Translations under genes and position numbers: made by a program
The notes under the pieces: model-generated
Database searches by the model: none
Told to the model about the DNA's origin: nothing
The model's input: only the letters and a program-made list of their open reading frames with translations
Shown: one piece after another, positions 41,814-56,489 of the stretch
How the letters are laid out: the number at the start of each line of letters is the position of its first letter
Numbering within the stretch: the stretch's first letter is position 1
Assembly: GCA_964016885.1 (NCBI GenBank)
Contig: OZ024740.1
Span: 336,536,001-336,600,000 of the forward strand
Source of the DNA: Eledone cirrhosa
Lineage: Eukaryota
Reading direction: 5' to 3'
DNA: 64,000 nt

Positions 41814-41888
<75 letters not shown>

Positions 41889-42214
41889 ACGAGGCGCCTC
41901 TAACTACTTTTTTGTTTCTAGGAGTTCGTTACTTGATTTTCTCAACGATAATCCATAGTGACCAACTATTATTATGGTCATTTGCGTTGGGACGTACATA
42001 TTACAGATTTCAAATTTTTCCAATGCTTTCTAAGCCAACCGCTTTCTTATAATTAATAATATTAATTTTTTGTACAGGCCAGAAATTTCGTGGGAAGAAA
42101 CAGTCGATTATATCGTCCTCAGTACTTGACTGTTACTTATTTTATCGACTAAGGAAAGATAAAAAGCACCTTCGTCCTCGACAGGATTTGAACTCAAAAC
42201 GTAACTAAAGGTAT

Positions 42215-43185
42215 TACTGCAAGGCTATGCTGCAAGAAATCTTCAAAGTAAAAGTAATTTAGATAAACAAAGTAGTATACATGGACTAAGAAGCGGTATA
42301 TTGGCTCTCACTTTAGAGGATATGCTTTTGCAATCTAATAACAGGAAATAACAACGAAATATCTGATGCGCAAAAGAGATAAGGATGCAAAAGAGATAAG
42401 AATGCACACATTACAAATTTCTAGTTGTGACAGCAGATGCAGACTCTGCGGAATAAAAATCGAGGATGTCACCTACATTATAAGCAGATGTCCAAGGATC
42501 TCATTACTATATTATCTACTTGTGAGGCATGATGTAATGGAAAAATCACTATACAATGTAATCTGTAGAATGGATAGCCCAGAGAATAAACAGACATGTA
42601 GGGGAGATATACATACGTAGTATGAAAGTACTGGTGGAATGTTCCAGTCAAAACCCCAATAAAATGCAAGCATAACAGACAAGATATAATGATATGGGAC
42701 AAAGTAACGAAGGAATGTACAATGGTGGAAATCAGTTGCCCAGCAGATGTCAGCATGATGATAAAGATTAGTGAAAAGGAGAACATTTATGCTGAACTAA
42801 TGATACTGTATCCTGATTTTACCTTCAGATTTATTCTTGTGATTTTGGGGTACTGGGATATGTTAGCAACTGTCTCAGTACAAATCTTTAGAAGCTGTGC
42901 TTCACAGAATCAGAATGTGCATGACTAGTTAGAAAGTTGAGAGTATAGTTCATTAATGGAACTGTAAAATTATGTGAAGCATTTCAGAAATTCAGCATGT
43001 AATAACTGCATATACATATGTATAGATACAAAAACATGCACGTGTACGCATATAACTCAAAACATGCAGATCCACACATGCAATAACACCCACACCTGCA
43101 CGCACACACAAACACATTATATATTTACCTAGTTGATGTTGCCTGAATACCAATGAAAGAGCTATGTTTCTATGTTAAAAATCAG

Positions 43186-43240
<55 letters not shown>

Positions 43241-43290
43241 GATGAAAATTTATAAAATGATAAAACCAGAACATACATACATACATACAT
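42215..43290 (+). mobile_element. R4/Dong-like RLE non-LTR retrotransposon, degenerate 3' part
   Basis: CRLCGIKIEDVTYIISRC knuckle, RHD, WWNVPVKT..CKHNRQDIMIWDK...VEISCP...EKENIY (restriction-like endonuclease). 3' UTR with expanded (TC)n and a (CATA)n tail. Confidence 0.88.
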
Positions 43291-44534
43291 AGGCACATTC
43301 AATTGAAATTCAAACTCAATCGTGTGACGGGGGAGACAGGGTGAGGAAATGGATGGATGGACAGTAAGAAATTGAGACATAGACGGGCAAACAGACAGAA
43401 AGGCAGACAAACATAGAGGTTACACTGTAGGAGGTTCTCACATCATTTGAGACACTGTGTTATCCGCCATATTGATTACGTGTAACCTATTCAAACGCTT
43501 CAATGATGATCGGAAGGAGACTCACATAAAATCTTCATAGAAAACCTAGAAGACAAAATGAAGGGGGAAAGAGAGTAGAGGAGGGTTTGCCGCTCTGCTG
43601 ACTTCCACTATTACCATTTTTCAAACTTTACAATCGATGTTCTAAAGACAAAACAAGTGTTCTGTATCAATGTCCAGATTCTATTATAACATTTTTCCCT
43701 GTATGTTGTCCATCATTCTATATGTTCACTCACCTTTACAGTGTTTTATTCGTTCAATTAAAAAAATATATATTAGGGACAAAACAAAAGTAGTATCAAA
43801 TTTTCTCTCTGGGTTTCTTTTAATTTCTGTTTATATCATTATTATATTTAATATGATTTTTTGCTGGCTTTGACGAATTGGTTACATCGATCAGTTTTTT
43901 TTTTCTCTTGCTTATTTATTAAATTCTTTATTAATGTAATGAATTAGAATTAATTTATCTATGCTAGATTTTCATAGCCTTTCAGCATTGTTACAATGTT
44001 AGCTTTAACATGTAAATATGTTAGCTTTTTAACATATCACAATATTAACTTGAATGATTAACAATATTAACTTTGACATAACCTAATGTTAATGTGTTAC
44101 ACTGTTGACTTCAACATAACTCAATACTAACTTTTATGTGTTGCACTGTAAACTTTAACATTACAATGTTAACTTTAATGTGTGTTCTGGGTTCAAATTC
44201 GGCTGCCGCCTATTTAGGAGATCTTGGCTCTTCATTACCCGTAACGAAGTCCACTGTCATGCAAGCATTCGAGCCAGGTCTCCGGTTTGAGAATATCTTT
44301 CTCTATCCCTCCCACCAGTTATAGAGGCCCTGAAAAACGATTATGAACGCTCTCCTTCCTCCTGTTTATTTCATTATTGAATGCTGCAAATTTATTTCCT
44401 TATTACTTATTAATTAGACTGCTCAAAGAAAATACAGTCCCATTCACAGAACGACAACCTCTACGAAATGTATCTGATATGTCAAAATATTTGACAAGGT
44501 AAACGATATTTTAATGTCGATATATATATAATAG

Positions 44535-45200
44535 AGGCGGCGAATGGAATACTTTATAGTATTCGTTCCGACTCTCGGAGTTCAAATCCCACCGAGGTCA
44601 ACTTTGCCTTTTATCCTTTCGGGATCGATAAAAAAAAGTACCAGTCTAGTACTGGAGTCGATTCTTCCTCTATATCTCTTTCTCATTTCCTCTCTCTCAC
44701 ATTCTATCTTTCGCGGGAAGAAATTTGCTGTACTCGGGCCTGGAGAGGGATGGGATCCACCAGGTTTTAAATGCTTAAGAAACACCGTATGTCAATACGG
44801 CGCCTCTACGACTCTATCAGGAGTTATGTGACCCATACGTAGGATCCCGATGTAAATCGGGAGGCGACCCGATCACTGTCAAAAAAGGTACCCTGCAATC
44901 ATTAGGCCCGGTTTCGATCCCACTGCATGGCATCTTGGGCAAATGTAACTTACTATAGTCTGGGGTTGACATATGCTTTGTAAGTGAAACTGGGTTGACA
45001 AAAACTCTTTGGAAGCCCGTCTAATGGACTCTAGCTGTAATTCAAAGGGCCAGCCTTGTCACACACTGTGTCACGCTAAATCTCTCTGAAAATTACATTA
45101 AAAATACACGTTTCAAGAAAATGCTCAGCCACTTACAAGTTAATGCCATGAGCAAGTTGTTCATTTATCGAACAAATGGAACACTCATCATCGAAACCGG
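44535..45200 (+). mobile_element. SINE A subtype B (44535-44840) followed by SINE C (44905-45200)
   Basis: Family motifs as described above. Confidence 0.82.
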
Positions 45201-46477
45201 CGGAGGTCCATTCCATTTAACATAAATCTTACTGAATCGCATTCAACTTCCTTTTCCACAGTTTGTATAAAGCACCTCATCTTTTTCAGTCGTAGCCAAG
45301 TTTTCTCTCTATACGATGTATTATCCACTTGAATATTATAGATAGTCTTACCCAGTCAAAATCTGCACACTGTCTGTCTATCCAGTCAGTATCTACACGC
45401 TATTTCTATCTATTAACTCACCATCTATATACTGTGTCTATCTGTTCAGTTAACATCTCTACATAGTGTCGATCTACCTAGACAACATATGTAACCCTTT
45501 CTATCTACCCATTCAACATCAAATTCTAAACAGTGTCTATCTATCTAGTCAACATCTACAAACTATGTCTATCCCACCAGCATATCTGACCAGTCTGTCT
45601 CTATATATATCCAGTTAACATCTAAAAGCTATGTACATAGTTGTTTAAACCAATGATTGTTTCTTTAATCAGTATATATAAAATGAATTAATTGAAAACT
45701 CTGTTGATAATAATCAATAAAAACAAAGCATTTTTTAAAATCTTCATATGCTATCAGATTATACAACATAAACGACAACAAGAACAGCAGCTAAAATATC
45801 AACAGCAGGACCAGCCTATCTAATGAAACAATAACAAACAAAAAATAATAATCTAAGAGATGTACGTATCATATTAATTGAATTACTAGAAATACGTATA
45901 GTTCCATTATAAAACAAAATTAGTTTTGCGTGTACATTTAGACATGCCTGGTATAGTTGTTACATATAGAAGTAAATCTCTAAGTGTGTGTGTGGGGGGG
46001 GTGTTACTGTTTAATCAAGGAGGGGAGGTCACTGCCAATGACGATTCTCATGACCTCCGAGACTAGTTGGAGCTTGGGAGGAAGACATTCTCAAACCTGA
46101 GAGATGGCGCAAATGTTTGCAGCGAGTAGATTTTACTAAAGGTACCCAAAGACCAGGTGGTGGTGTTAATCCAGGCGACAGATTATGCCTGCCATCAAAG
46201 AAAGACACACAGGAATTTGAGCTCAGGATGCAAAGAACCGAAACAAATATCGTAAAGCATCTCGTCTGATACGCTAATAATTCCGCCAGCCCATCGATTT
46301 CGACTGGTATTTTATTTTATCAACCCCAGAAGGATGAAAAAAGTTGATCACTGTTGGGTTTGAATGCAAAGAAACGGAAATATTGCAAAGGTTTTTTTTT
46401 ATGTTCTCAATGTTCTGTAAACCCGTAGCCTTATCTGAAAGATGGTGTCTAGTGATTGACTGAATTCAATCAATGTA

Positions 46478-46768
46478 TGTATGTATGTACCGGTACCTCT
46501 TGGTGGAGTCGCCGTCGTGATATCTTCAACCTCCTAGCGGAGCCCATTTCCTCTCCAGCTCTGAAGACAGTAGATTTCTTCCAGCGAAGGAGAGAGATGG
46601 TGAGAGAGAGAGAAATGAGAAATACATATAGAAAAAGAATTGAGCCCAGGACTGGACTGGCACTTTTTTTTTGTAAACCTCGAAAGGACAAAAGGCAGGA
46701 TTTGAACTCAGATACTTGGAACAAATACTAAGCATTCTATCCGACGTTCTAATTTGTCAATTTGCCTT
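46478..46768 (-). mobile_element. SINE A subtype B with (CATA)n end
   Basis: Reverse match to 18040-18378. Confidence 0.78.
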
Positions 46769-47114
46769 GAATTAATCAATAAAATCTTATTAATCATGGC
46801 TTGCAATTTTCTTTTGGATAAAAATAAGTGAATCAACTGCTCTTTAGTAGATTTAATACAGAGAACACGGAATATAATCTATTGCTAGAAATTTAAACTG
46901 GTTAATTCTCCAGACATTACTCTATATTTCTACTTTCCTTTATATTAAAAGCATTGGCACCACACACTTCTTTAGTTAGATACTTAGTGGAAATAGATAA
47001 TGTTTGTGTAAGACTCTCTCCATGTTATGGACGTAGGCGCCATACTACCGTCATATTTCTCTTTTATACGATTTATATTAAACTAAGCTTCCTACCTCAT
47101 ACTACATCTCCCAC

Positions 47115-47217
<103 letters not shown>

Positions 47218-47879
47218 TCTAAGCTCTTCTCTTATCAACGCAGCATCATTATGAACCACTGCCAATTTCCTAGCAATCTTCACCAATGTTCTTTTAAAAA
47301 GCAGCTGTAGATTTTATGTCTGAATAGTAATTCAAATCTTCAATTCGATGTTCTCTTCAGAATAGAAGTTAAATCCGAATTTCGTAAAGATGGTCTATTC
47401 ATCAATAAAATAGATAAATACATTGTCAAAAACCTCATAAAACATGACACAAAATGCATTGCACTAAACCATAAGTTAATACTAATAATGTAACTATAAA
47501 AACACTAAAATTAAAAGCTTTATTATTGATAATGATCAAAAAGCATGTGAACTCGCGCAAAGATTACTGATGACCCATGTGATATAAAAATTCATTTGCA
47601 AACGTGAAAGTTATAAACTTTACGATTCCAGCTGTTATATTATAAAATAAAAATATGACTCCCACACGCCGGCTCACTGTGCACTTACAAGACGGAACAA
47701 TACACTACATACACCACACAACACAAAACAAAATTAGATAGGAAAACATTAGCGAACAATATATGCTATACTCTACGAAATTCCGCTGAAAAATATATTA
47801 ATGCTGGTTGAATTAATATTCATAACGCAGCACAGACATGCTACAAACAAAAATAAACACCTGAACGACGACATATGAA

Positions 47880-48060
47880 ATCTTCTTCTTCTTTTTCTTC
47901 TTCAACTCCTCTATCTTACTCCTTCTTCTCCTTCACCCACTTGATCCTGGGAGGGTGGTGTGGACAGAGACCTCAAGCACACCTTCCAGCAGATCCTGTC
48001 AGAAACAGTAAGTATAAATCTAACGGACAAAATTCTAGATCCAACAGTAATATGTAGACC
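47880..48060 (-). mobile_element. LINE 3' remnant with GAA-rich tail
   Basis: DRICWKVCLRSLSTPPSQD followed by GAA repeats on the minus strand; same style as 12203. Confidence 0.45.
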
Positions 48061-48203
48061 AATGACATTTGGCGCTACTATAAAGAGGTAACAATACACA
48101 CCAACATCACTTTATTCTGGTGATGAGAACGTCTAGAAACGTTAATGACTGACAATGTTCCAAACAAATTGCCAGAAATGTTTTCAATACATATATATGT
48201 ATG

Positions 48204-48253
<50 letters not shown>

Positions 48254-48567
48254 CCCCCCTCTCTCTCTCTCTCTCTCTCTGTGCGCGCGTGTGTGTGTAC
48301 GGGCTTCCGCAAAGTTTCTTTCTGACAAATATCACTCACAAGATCTCGGTCCTCCAAGGCTATAGTAGAATACACTTGTTCAAGGTAGCTTGTAGTGAGA
48401 CTGAAACTGGAAATACGTGGTTACTAAGCGTTCTTAACAACAAAGCTTATGCAAACGTTTAAAGCAATAAATATTTTTTTTATTCTTTTTGTCGTTTAAT
48501 TGGCTAGAATTAATTTAAAATCTAATCATTAAAGGGCTGTAACTTTTCTATTATTAATTTCTCAAAG

Positions 48568-49180
48568 GAAGGCGATGGGTTAGTTGAGCCGTTTGAGGAT
48601 CGGACAAATGTACAGCAGTATTTGTTCTGGCTCTTTACTTTCTGAGTTCAAATCTCAAATCCTACCCGGGTCAATTTTGCCTTTCACCTTTCCGAGGTCG
48701 ATTAAAATAAAGTACCAATAAAGAACTGGAAGCAATATAATCGGTTTTCCCCAACCCTTTCAAAAAAATTACTGGCCTTGTGCCTAAAGTAGAAATCATT
48801 ATTACTGTCTCAAACAAACAGTCGTATCTTTTGTTACCAGCATGCAAAGCTACATCTGAGTATGTATGTATGGTCCCGTAACTGCTGATAGAGTCGTAGG
48901 GGCGCCGTATTGACATACGGCGTTTCTTGGACATTTTAAGCCTGGTGGAGCTCATCCCTCTTCAGGCCTGAGTACAACACATTTCTTCCAGAGAAAGATA
49001 TAAAGTGAGAGAGAGGAAATGAGAAAGAGATATAGAGGAAGAATCGACTCCAGTACTAGACTGGTACTTTTTTTATTGACCTCGAAAAGATGGAAGGCAA
49101 AGTTGACCTCAGCGGGATTTGAACTCAGAGAGCAAAGAGTTGGAACGAATACAATAACGATTCTGCCAATTCGCCGCCTA
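48568..49180. mobile_element. tail-to-tail SINE pair: family A (+, 48568-48805) and subtype B (-, 48862-49180)
   Basis: The two cores lie in opposite orientation about 300 bp apart. Confidence 0.85.
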
Positions 49181-51089
49181 TTACATCTGTGTAGAAACTT
49201 ACAAAAAAAATCTAACCAAGTATATCAAACGGAAAAAGATCCACTGTTTGTATTGTTTGAACCTGCAAAGTAGCCATAACATGGCTGTCTCTTTGAATGA
49301 CTTTATTTCAGGAGATAAAGTTGTCTAACGTGAAGAACATGGAATCTCCATGTCTGCCAACTGAATCATCATTTATATTGTTTGGCCAATAATAGACTGC
49401 TCTGTCGACCGTCAAACTTAATTTCATTCAACTAATCACATTGGACATGACACTGTCGCTGCCGTCGTTGTTGTTGTTATAGTGGTGGCGGCGGTGGTAG
49501 TGGTGTTTATGGCGGCAGCATTTGTAGTAGAGGTAATGCTGATGGTACTTGTGGTAATGATAGTGATGCTGTTGTTGTTGTTATTTAGCCCTCGGCCAGC
49601 ATTTATTGAGTAGAACTACGATCAAGGACTTCCAACCATGACCTTGGTGCTGAGTGGGAGGTGATGGAAAACTTTTCGTGGTTATTATGATGTATCGAGT
49701 GAACTGCAAACAGATTCCCAACACCATCATCTCCACTACTACCACCACCACCAACAGCAACAAGAGCAAACACCCCATCGCCAATACTCCTACCACCACC
49801 ATCACCACTCTATATCTACGATTTGTTGATAATTATGTTTTTATTTCTTTAACTCCACACTGTTCTTCCTACACTCGCGACCTGTCTGACATTATCTTCA
49901 TTCTTTAACAGAACAGGCAAGCTCAAGAAAAAGAACAAGGAAAAGAAATTTTCTTTTTTCAAAAAGAAGAATAAAATAAAACAGAAACAAAACGTACCGA
50001 AGAAAAATTAGGAAAATCTAAGCGAACTTGAAGTAAAATTGGACGAATTCCATTTGAACATTTAGATTACAACACGTTCTCCTCTTATCAGTTGTATCTA
50101 TGGAAACATCGCTGAGTTTTCCCAACATCTCTTCGGCAATACCAGCAGCTCGGAAGAAGGAAGGAGAAAGATGAAGGAGGCGGAAGAAAGAAATAGAAAA
50201 GAGGAAAAAAAAGTTGCAAAACAACAACAACAACAACTGCAGTAACAGCGGCAACAATGGCAATAACAACAGCAATAGCAACAGCAACAGCAAAAACCAA
50301 AACACGGCAAGACTAGGAAGTTAAAAATGGGAAGTTAGAAAGAAAAGAAAAGAAAAGAAGGAAAAAAAGAAAGAAAGGCGAAGAGAAAATAACAAACAAA
50401 TGAAGAGAAATTTTATGGTTTGTTTTGTCCTAAAACTATCAAAAATCTATATGAAGAAGAAGGAGGAGGAGGAGGAGGATGGTAATAATAACTGCTGCAA
50501 CAACAACAACGGCGGCGGCGACATCAAAACGTTAGCGACGCCATTATAAACAATGCGAAAACATCTTTGAAATTCTATAATTATTTACATCAGCAAGTAT
50601 AGACGGTTATTAAAGAAGACTTTCGGTAAATGTTCAGTGAAACGGAGCAGTCAAAACAAGTGAAGGGTCGATGGGAAGCTTAACTTAGCATTTCCGATAG
50701 TCTGCTTCTATATTGTTGTGTAACTTTTCTTATTCCAATATGGCTTTCAAACACGTTGGCGCTATTGTTAATGTATCATATTTGCTGATTAATTCATGGC
50801 AAACAGATTTTACAATTGGAAGCAAAACAGAACTATTTTTATGAAGTGAAACTGTTTTGGAGATGATATATTTTATATCTTCATTGCCAACTAATTCACT
50901 TCTGTCTGGATATATTTATATACTGGACGCTAGATTTAAAATAGATTCACAGCTAGGCCGAGTCTATAGAATTTGGCCAAAATATATCTAACACTCAATG
51001 TGTTATGTGTCAGTCAACCAACCAAACTACAGATTGCTACCGTATAGACTAGTGGTTCTCAAACTTATTTTGTTGTGGACTCTTTATCG

Positions 51090-51600
51090 AACGGAATAAA
51101 ATTTAGAAATACCGGGATCTATCTAACAATAATTTTTTCCAGCCTATGGCATTCGAGGCGTTTGGTGGAGTTGGGCCGCTGACAGCGAAGTTCTTGTCAT
51201 TGCTGGCGGTTCGCCTTACTAGGTGTCAGGTGATGCCTGATGCTTGGGAGGGTGCCTGGTTGTTTCAGCCCCTTAACCTAGCCATCACCCGTGGTAATGC
51301 TGCGAACGTATTGGCTTGCCTCAAATTATTCCGTTGACCCTTATGATGTGTGGCCGATTGGCGCACTTGGTGGTGAATTGATGGTCGTTTAGCAGCATAG
51401 AAGTATGATGTGTCGTTAGTTGCCAGTGTGGTAAGTGATAGTATCCTCGTTGGATTATCTTGTTGACATAGACGTGAGGGAAGGTCCCTCGATCTATTTA
51501 CAATATTCCTTTCGTCAGGTCGCCAATTCCAGCAGCATGGATTATAGATGTTTTTGATACACGAGTAACATAATAATGATTTCAACAGCAGTAATTAGAG
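51090..51600 (+). mobile_element. CRE-clade non-LTR retrotransposon 3' fragment
   Basis: FQPMAFEAFGGVG...FL..L..RL...WLFQPLNLAITRGNAANVL matches the CRE RLE C-terminus. Confidence 0.8.
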
Positions 51601-53884
51601 ATGAAATGTATGTTTATTTTTGATGTAGCACAAACAATGTTTGTTAACTTATATGGTTGAAGTTACAGATAAAAAGAGGTTACAAAAGGGAATGTGCCAT
51701 TGCGCCGTTAAGCCGGCGAGGCTAGGGTGCAATATCTCACCGTTACATTATGCGTGTTGCTGGCTTGAAGTTTCCGGTACAAGAGAGAGATTCTTCAAAT
51801 CTTCGCGGGGAATTTCTTCCTCAGGGCGCGTGGGGATACATCCTCTTCTACTGGTGCTGATTGGCTGAACTGAGCCAAATCACGCACAGAGAATGTATGT
51901 GAGCCCGCGGAATGTAGGTCACTACAGTCGTTTTTGTTTTATTTTTGGTTCCCTTTTTATTTATCTTTCTCTCGCTCTGGTCATATATTTTGGTGTTGTA
52001 TTTGTGAAGTTCCTGGCAATAGTTAATTGTATTTGTTATATGTGTTTATGTAGCGAAATCTGTCCGCGCCTTGAACTTCGGGTTATACCTAAAGGTTAAA
52101 TTTTAGGTCACCACATTTATTGTGTTAACAAGTTCAGGTTGGGGAACAGGAACTGACAGCTATATACAGACCATCTACAAGCCATTCCACACAGAGACAT
52201 CGAAGCGATAGGAATATACAACAAATATGTAAGGACTTACTGCTATAAATAGACCCGCAGTGGTTTACAGACAGAGACATCGGAGAACCCCACTACAGAA
52301 CAAGCTATGTAAAGATTCACCACTATTCAACAGACCCCATGAAGTCTACAGATACGCCCAGAGCGATTGGAACCCTGCTATACAGAACACAAATGTGGAA
52401 GATATGCAGTTCACGGTTTTTCTGTTACTACAGACCATTCAGAGCTATACATACCATACTCTCTAACGACTCTAATACGATCATAACAACTATTACCACA
52501 AATTCCAACAACTACAACAATTATCTGTAACTCGCTGTTTTAACACCAACAACAACAGCCAACACATCAACAACAAAATAATATTGTCAATCTTTGCAAC
52601 TTATGGTAACTGTATATTGCTGGGGTTGGCAAATAAAGCAATCATCTGTTACCATACATACAGACAGATTTCGCTACATTTATACTTTCATTCTAAAAGA
52701 ATTGAGAAAAATTTGTAATGTTATTTATACATATATTCAAAATATAATAAAATAATTTTCAAAAACATCGCTGGACCTCTACCTATCTTCTACGGCCATT
52801 CTCACTACCTTAACTTTAATAAAACATTCAGCCAGTGATTCACAACAGAATGGATTTCGATAAAGGCACAAGTGGCGGTATCAAAATGAGTAATACATTA
52901 GGTTTACTATCCAGGAACGGTTTCTAAGATGGGCTTCCACACAGTTACCATCTACCGAAATTCACTCACAAGGCTTAAATCGACTAGAGACTGTGGTAGA
53001 AAGCACAGACCGACAGTGCAGTGAAACCATATAGTTGTGACACGAAATTCTTAATCACACGACCATGCCTGTACCCAGTACGATTGTGTACTTTTAAGAT
53101 TTGACTCCTATTTTTAGCAAGTTGAGTTACCACTAAGGCTCCTCTCTCAATAACTGGACTTGGGAAAGTTTTAGTTGTAAGTGGTTCATTAGAAGAGAAG
53201 GTATAGTGTTGCGGAATCTTTTCTTTTGTGTTGTGACTGTGTGTTGGTTCTGTTGAATAAAGTATATATGTATGCATGGTAAGGTTGTTTATATACGTTA
53301 AAAGCTTGATTGTATATACAACAGAAGGTTGTATACACACATTAAAGCACTATTGTATATACAATGTGATTTTGTATATATAAGTTAAAAATATGGACCA
53401 ACTGTATCATCTCAAACACACAGACAGGAACTTCCATAGAAACATTTCTTTAGTAAGATTCAATGGGCCAATCTTTGGTTCACACACACACATACAAACA
53501 AACAAATACACATGCACATGCACACACAATCACCTACATACAGATACACTCATGCACATACACCAAGGGATCCTCTAGGTCAAACTTCCCTAAACTTTTG
53601 GAGACTACTGCCTCTTTTATAGAATAGCGTCAATCCTCACCGTAAATTTGAGTTTAAAAAAAAAGGATACATTAAAAATGAATATAAGTTTAATACTCTT
53701 CTCAATTTAGACATTTATAGTATATCCACAAATATAATTATACAAAAGTATCTAAAATTATTTCAATAATTGTTTTGAATTAAGGGCAGGTTGTGACGAA
53801 ACTAATTTTTCTACGTGCAGCTCAATTTTAGTGAGCAGTGCGCTTAAATCTACTATTCACAGTTAGTTTGTTTGAGTTTAGTGG

Positions 53885-54215
53885 TCGTTGCTTAGCCGAA
53901 TGGTTAAGAGGTTCGCTTCGCATTCATTGGCTCCAGGGTTCAATCCCATTACGCAGATAGTAAATAAGTGTCGTTTACGATATTCTCGTGAGTGAAATTG
54001 GGTGGACGGAAACTGTTTGGAAGCCCGTTGGATGAATTATGCCTGCAATTCAAAAAGCCGGCCTTGTCAAACGCTGTATCATGCTGAATTTCCCTAAGAA
54101 CCTCGTTAAAGGTACACGTGTCAGTGAAATGCTTTGTCACTTGCACTTGCACGTTAATTTCACGGGCAGGTTGTTCCGTTAATCTAATATCTGGAACACT
54201 TATCGTCAAAACCGT
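53885..54215 (+). mobile_element. SINE family C
   Basis: A box TAGCCGAATGG, B box GGTTCAATCC, family body. Confidence 0.82.
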
Positions 54216-54559
54216 GGCAGCTCATCAGTGATGGTGCCGTCTCAGTTGGATCAGCCGTATTTTAATTACATGTAATATAATAAGTTCAAAAACATATGTG
54301 AAACTTTACTGTATTTGTATTTAGTATGTACGACGCTCCCCTAAGCTAGTTTTCTGCAGACATATTGTTGATATTCATAGAGTGACTACGTTTCCACCAC
54401 CACCCACCCACCCCTTCGCTCTCTCTCTCTCTCTTTCTCTCTCTCTCTATATATATATATATATACATACATATATATGTGTGTGTGTGCGTGTGCGCTT
54501 GTGCGTGTACATGCGTGTGTGTGTATGGTTCAGGGAGACAACAAACAGAGGTACAAAAA

Positions 54560-54596
<37 letters not shown>

Positions 54597-54702
54597 CTTT
54601 ATGATCAATCTTACGTATTGATCATTTGCCAACTGAGTAGAATATATTGTTTTCACCATTTGGCTTTGAAAACTAAGACCATTCCACCCTGCATTATCTA
54701 TA

Positions 54703-54820
54703 TCTGAGTTCAAATCCCGCCGAGGTTGACTGTGCCTTTCATCCTTACGGGGTCGATAAAATAAAGTACCAGTAATGCACTGGGTAATTGCTGGCCTTGT
54801 GCCTAAAGTAAAAACAATTA
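54703..54820 (+). mobile_element. 5'-truncated SINE A (deleted subtype)
   Basis: TSD ATTATCTATATC. Confidence 0.88.
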
Positions 54821-54919
54821 TCTATATCAGAGATTTTCAAAGTGTATCACCGATAATTTCAGGGTGTGTTGTGAAATTAAGTTAAATCTGATCAATTTTA
54901 CGAATATTAGTTTGTGAAC

Positions 54920-55339
54920 TACGTGAGTCGGCTGAAAGGTTCATAGCCTGACTATGAAGGATTGATGCTAGTGCTGTGAAATGTTGTATGCATTAATATT
55001 GGCAGTATCGGTAGAGCGTCGGATAACTTGCTTTGCGGCATAGAGTTACATTCTGAGTTCAAATCCCGCCGATGTTAGCTTTGCCTTTCATCCTTACCTG
55101 GTCGATAAAATAAAGTACCAGTAATGCACTGGGTCGATTTAATCGACTTTCCCCTTCCCCAAAATTGCTGGTCTTGTGTCTATAACAGAAATCATTAATT
55201 TCAACTCTTCTTATTAATAACTGCATTGTTTCTTTCCAGGGACTATGTTGAAAAATAAACCTCATTTGGTCATTCCATGAGAGTATCTTGGTCAGCCTAT
55301 GAACTTTTCAACCTATTTACCTTTTAGCTGACCCTCGTA
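54920..55339 (+). mobile_element. mariner-derived MITE with nested SINE A (~54998-55195)
   Basis: TA-bounded TIRs CGTGAGTCGGCTGAAAGGTTCATAGCCTGAC / GTCAGCCTATGAACTTTTCA..GCTGACCCTCG; GDYVEK* remnant at ~55239-55259. Confidence 0.8.
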
Positions 55340-55444
55340 TATTTAAAAACTGGTTACTCTTTGTACAGTTAGACACGTGACAGTTAACGTGTGATGTGAT
55401 ATTTCGTTGTTTATTCACAAATTTCATTAATTTTGTGCCACTAA

Positions 55445-55665
55445 AGGGCGGTGGATTGGCAGTATCGGTAGCGGGCCGGACGCCATGCTTTACAGTATAG
55501 AGTTACGGCCCTTTATGATCTGAGTTCAAATCCCGCCGAGGTTAATTTTGCCTTTCATCCTTACAGAGTCGATAAAATAAAGTACCAGTCACACACTGAG
55601 GTCGATTTTAATCGACTTTTCCTTCCCCAAAAATTGCCGGCCTTGTGCCTATTTAAAAAACCATT
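55445..55665 (+). mobile_element. young full-length SINE A
   Basis: TSD CATTAATTTTGTG(C/T)CACTAA. Confidence 0.92.
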
Positions 55666-56489
55666 AATTTTGTGTCACTAACAAAACAATGTTTCATTAA
55701 ATTTTTTTAATGTGTCGCCTATGTGAAAAGTTTGGAAAATCAAGAATTTTCAGTCAAAAAATGTCATGGAGTTATCTCGTTGATTGTTGTTTTTAGATTT
55801 TACGGTACTCTGATTTTTACAATAAGTCTTGTAAACTATTTTTTTATCTTTCCCCCACTCGGTATAAAAGTGGTGACATCATCACCACTAATTCACACAT
55901 GACATCTGGCACTGTAACTTGGTAGAGAGGCTTGTTTACCTGTTTCTTTCTCAACCTGACAATGGATGTTGAACGATATGATGTGGAACAATTTTAGACT
56001 GACAGTTGTCAGATATTGTACATCTTCCCCGCACCTAAAACGTAGAATATTTTTCGTGCGTCTATTATTAGATAAGTTTGTAATGTTAAATATTTCAAGC
56101 AGTGTGACCTATGAATAGTACCATCTATAACAACAGGCTTGTCTCTAGTTGGTCTTCTGATGCTCCCTGCATTAAATACGTTAACTCAAACTTATCTACT
56201 GGCTATAAATAGTACAGTTCTGAATATTCTAAGTGTACACATTGCTGAAAGTATGTATGAAAGATGTGTATTACAAAGAGTTCAGCCGTTTGAAATTGAA
56301 GACTACTGCGATGACCCACTGTAAATTGATAAATATGATTTAATTTAAATCAACAAATGGATTGTGGGTAGAAACTACATAGAAATCTTATCAGTAAAAA
56401 GACTCTAAGAATAGATAGCATAAATAAAAAAAACTAGCTGTGGCAATAAATGTAGTAATACTAACACCATTAGTTTTCGTTTGTATTTA

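Noticed and set aside
51692-52115. solo LTR (TGTG...CACA)
   Set aside because: The termini fit, but I found no TSD, primer-binding site or second copy. Left uncalled.
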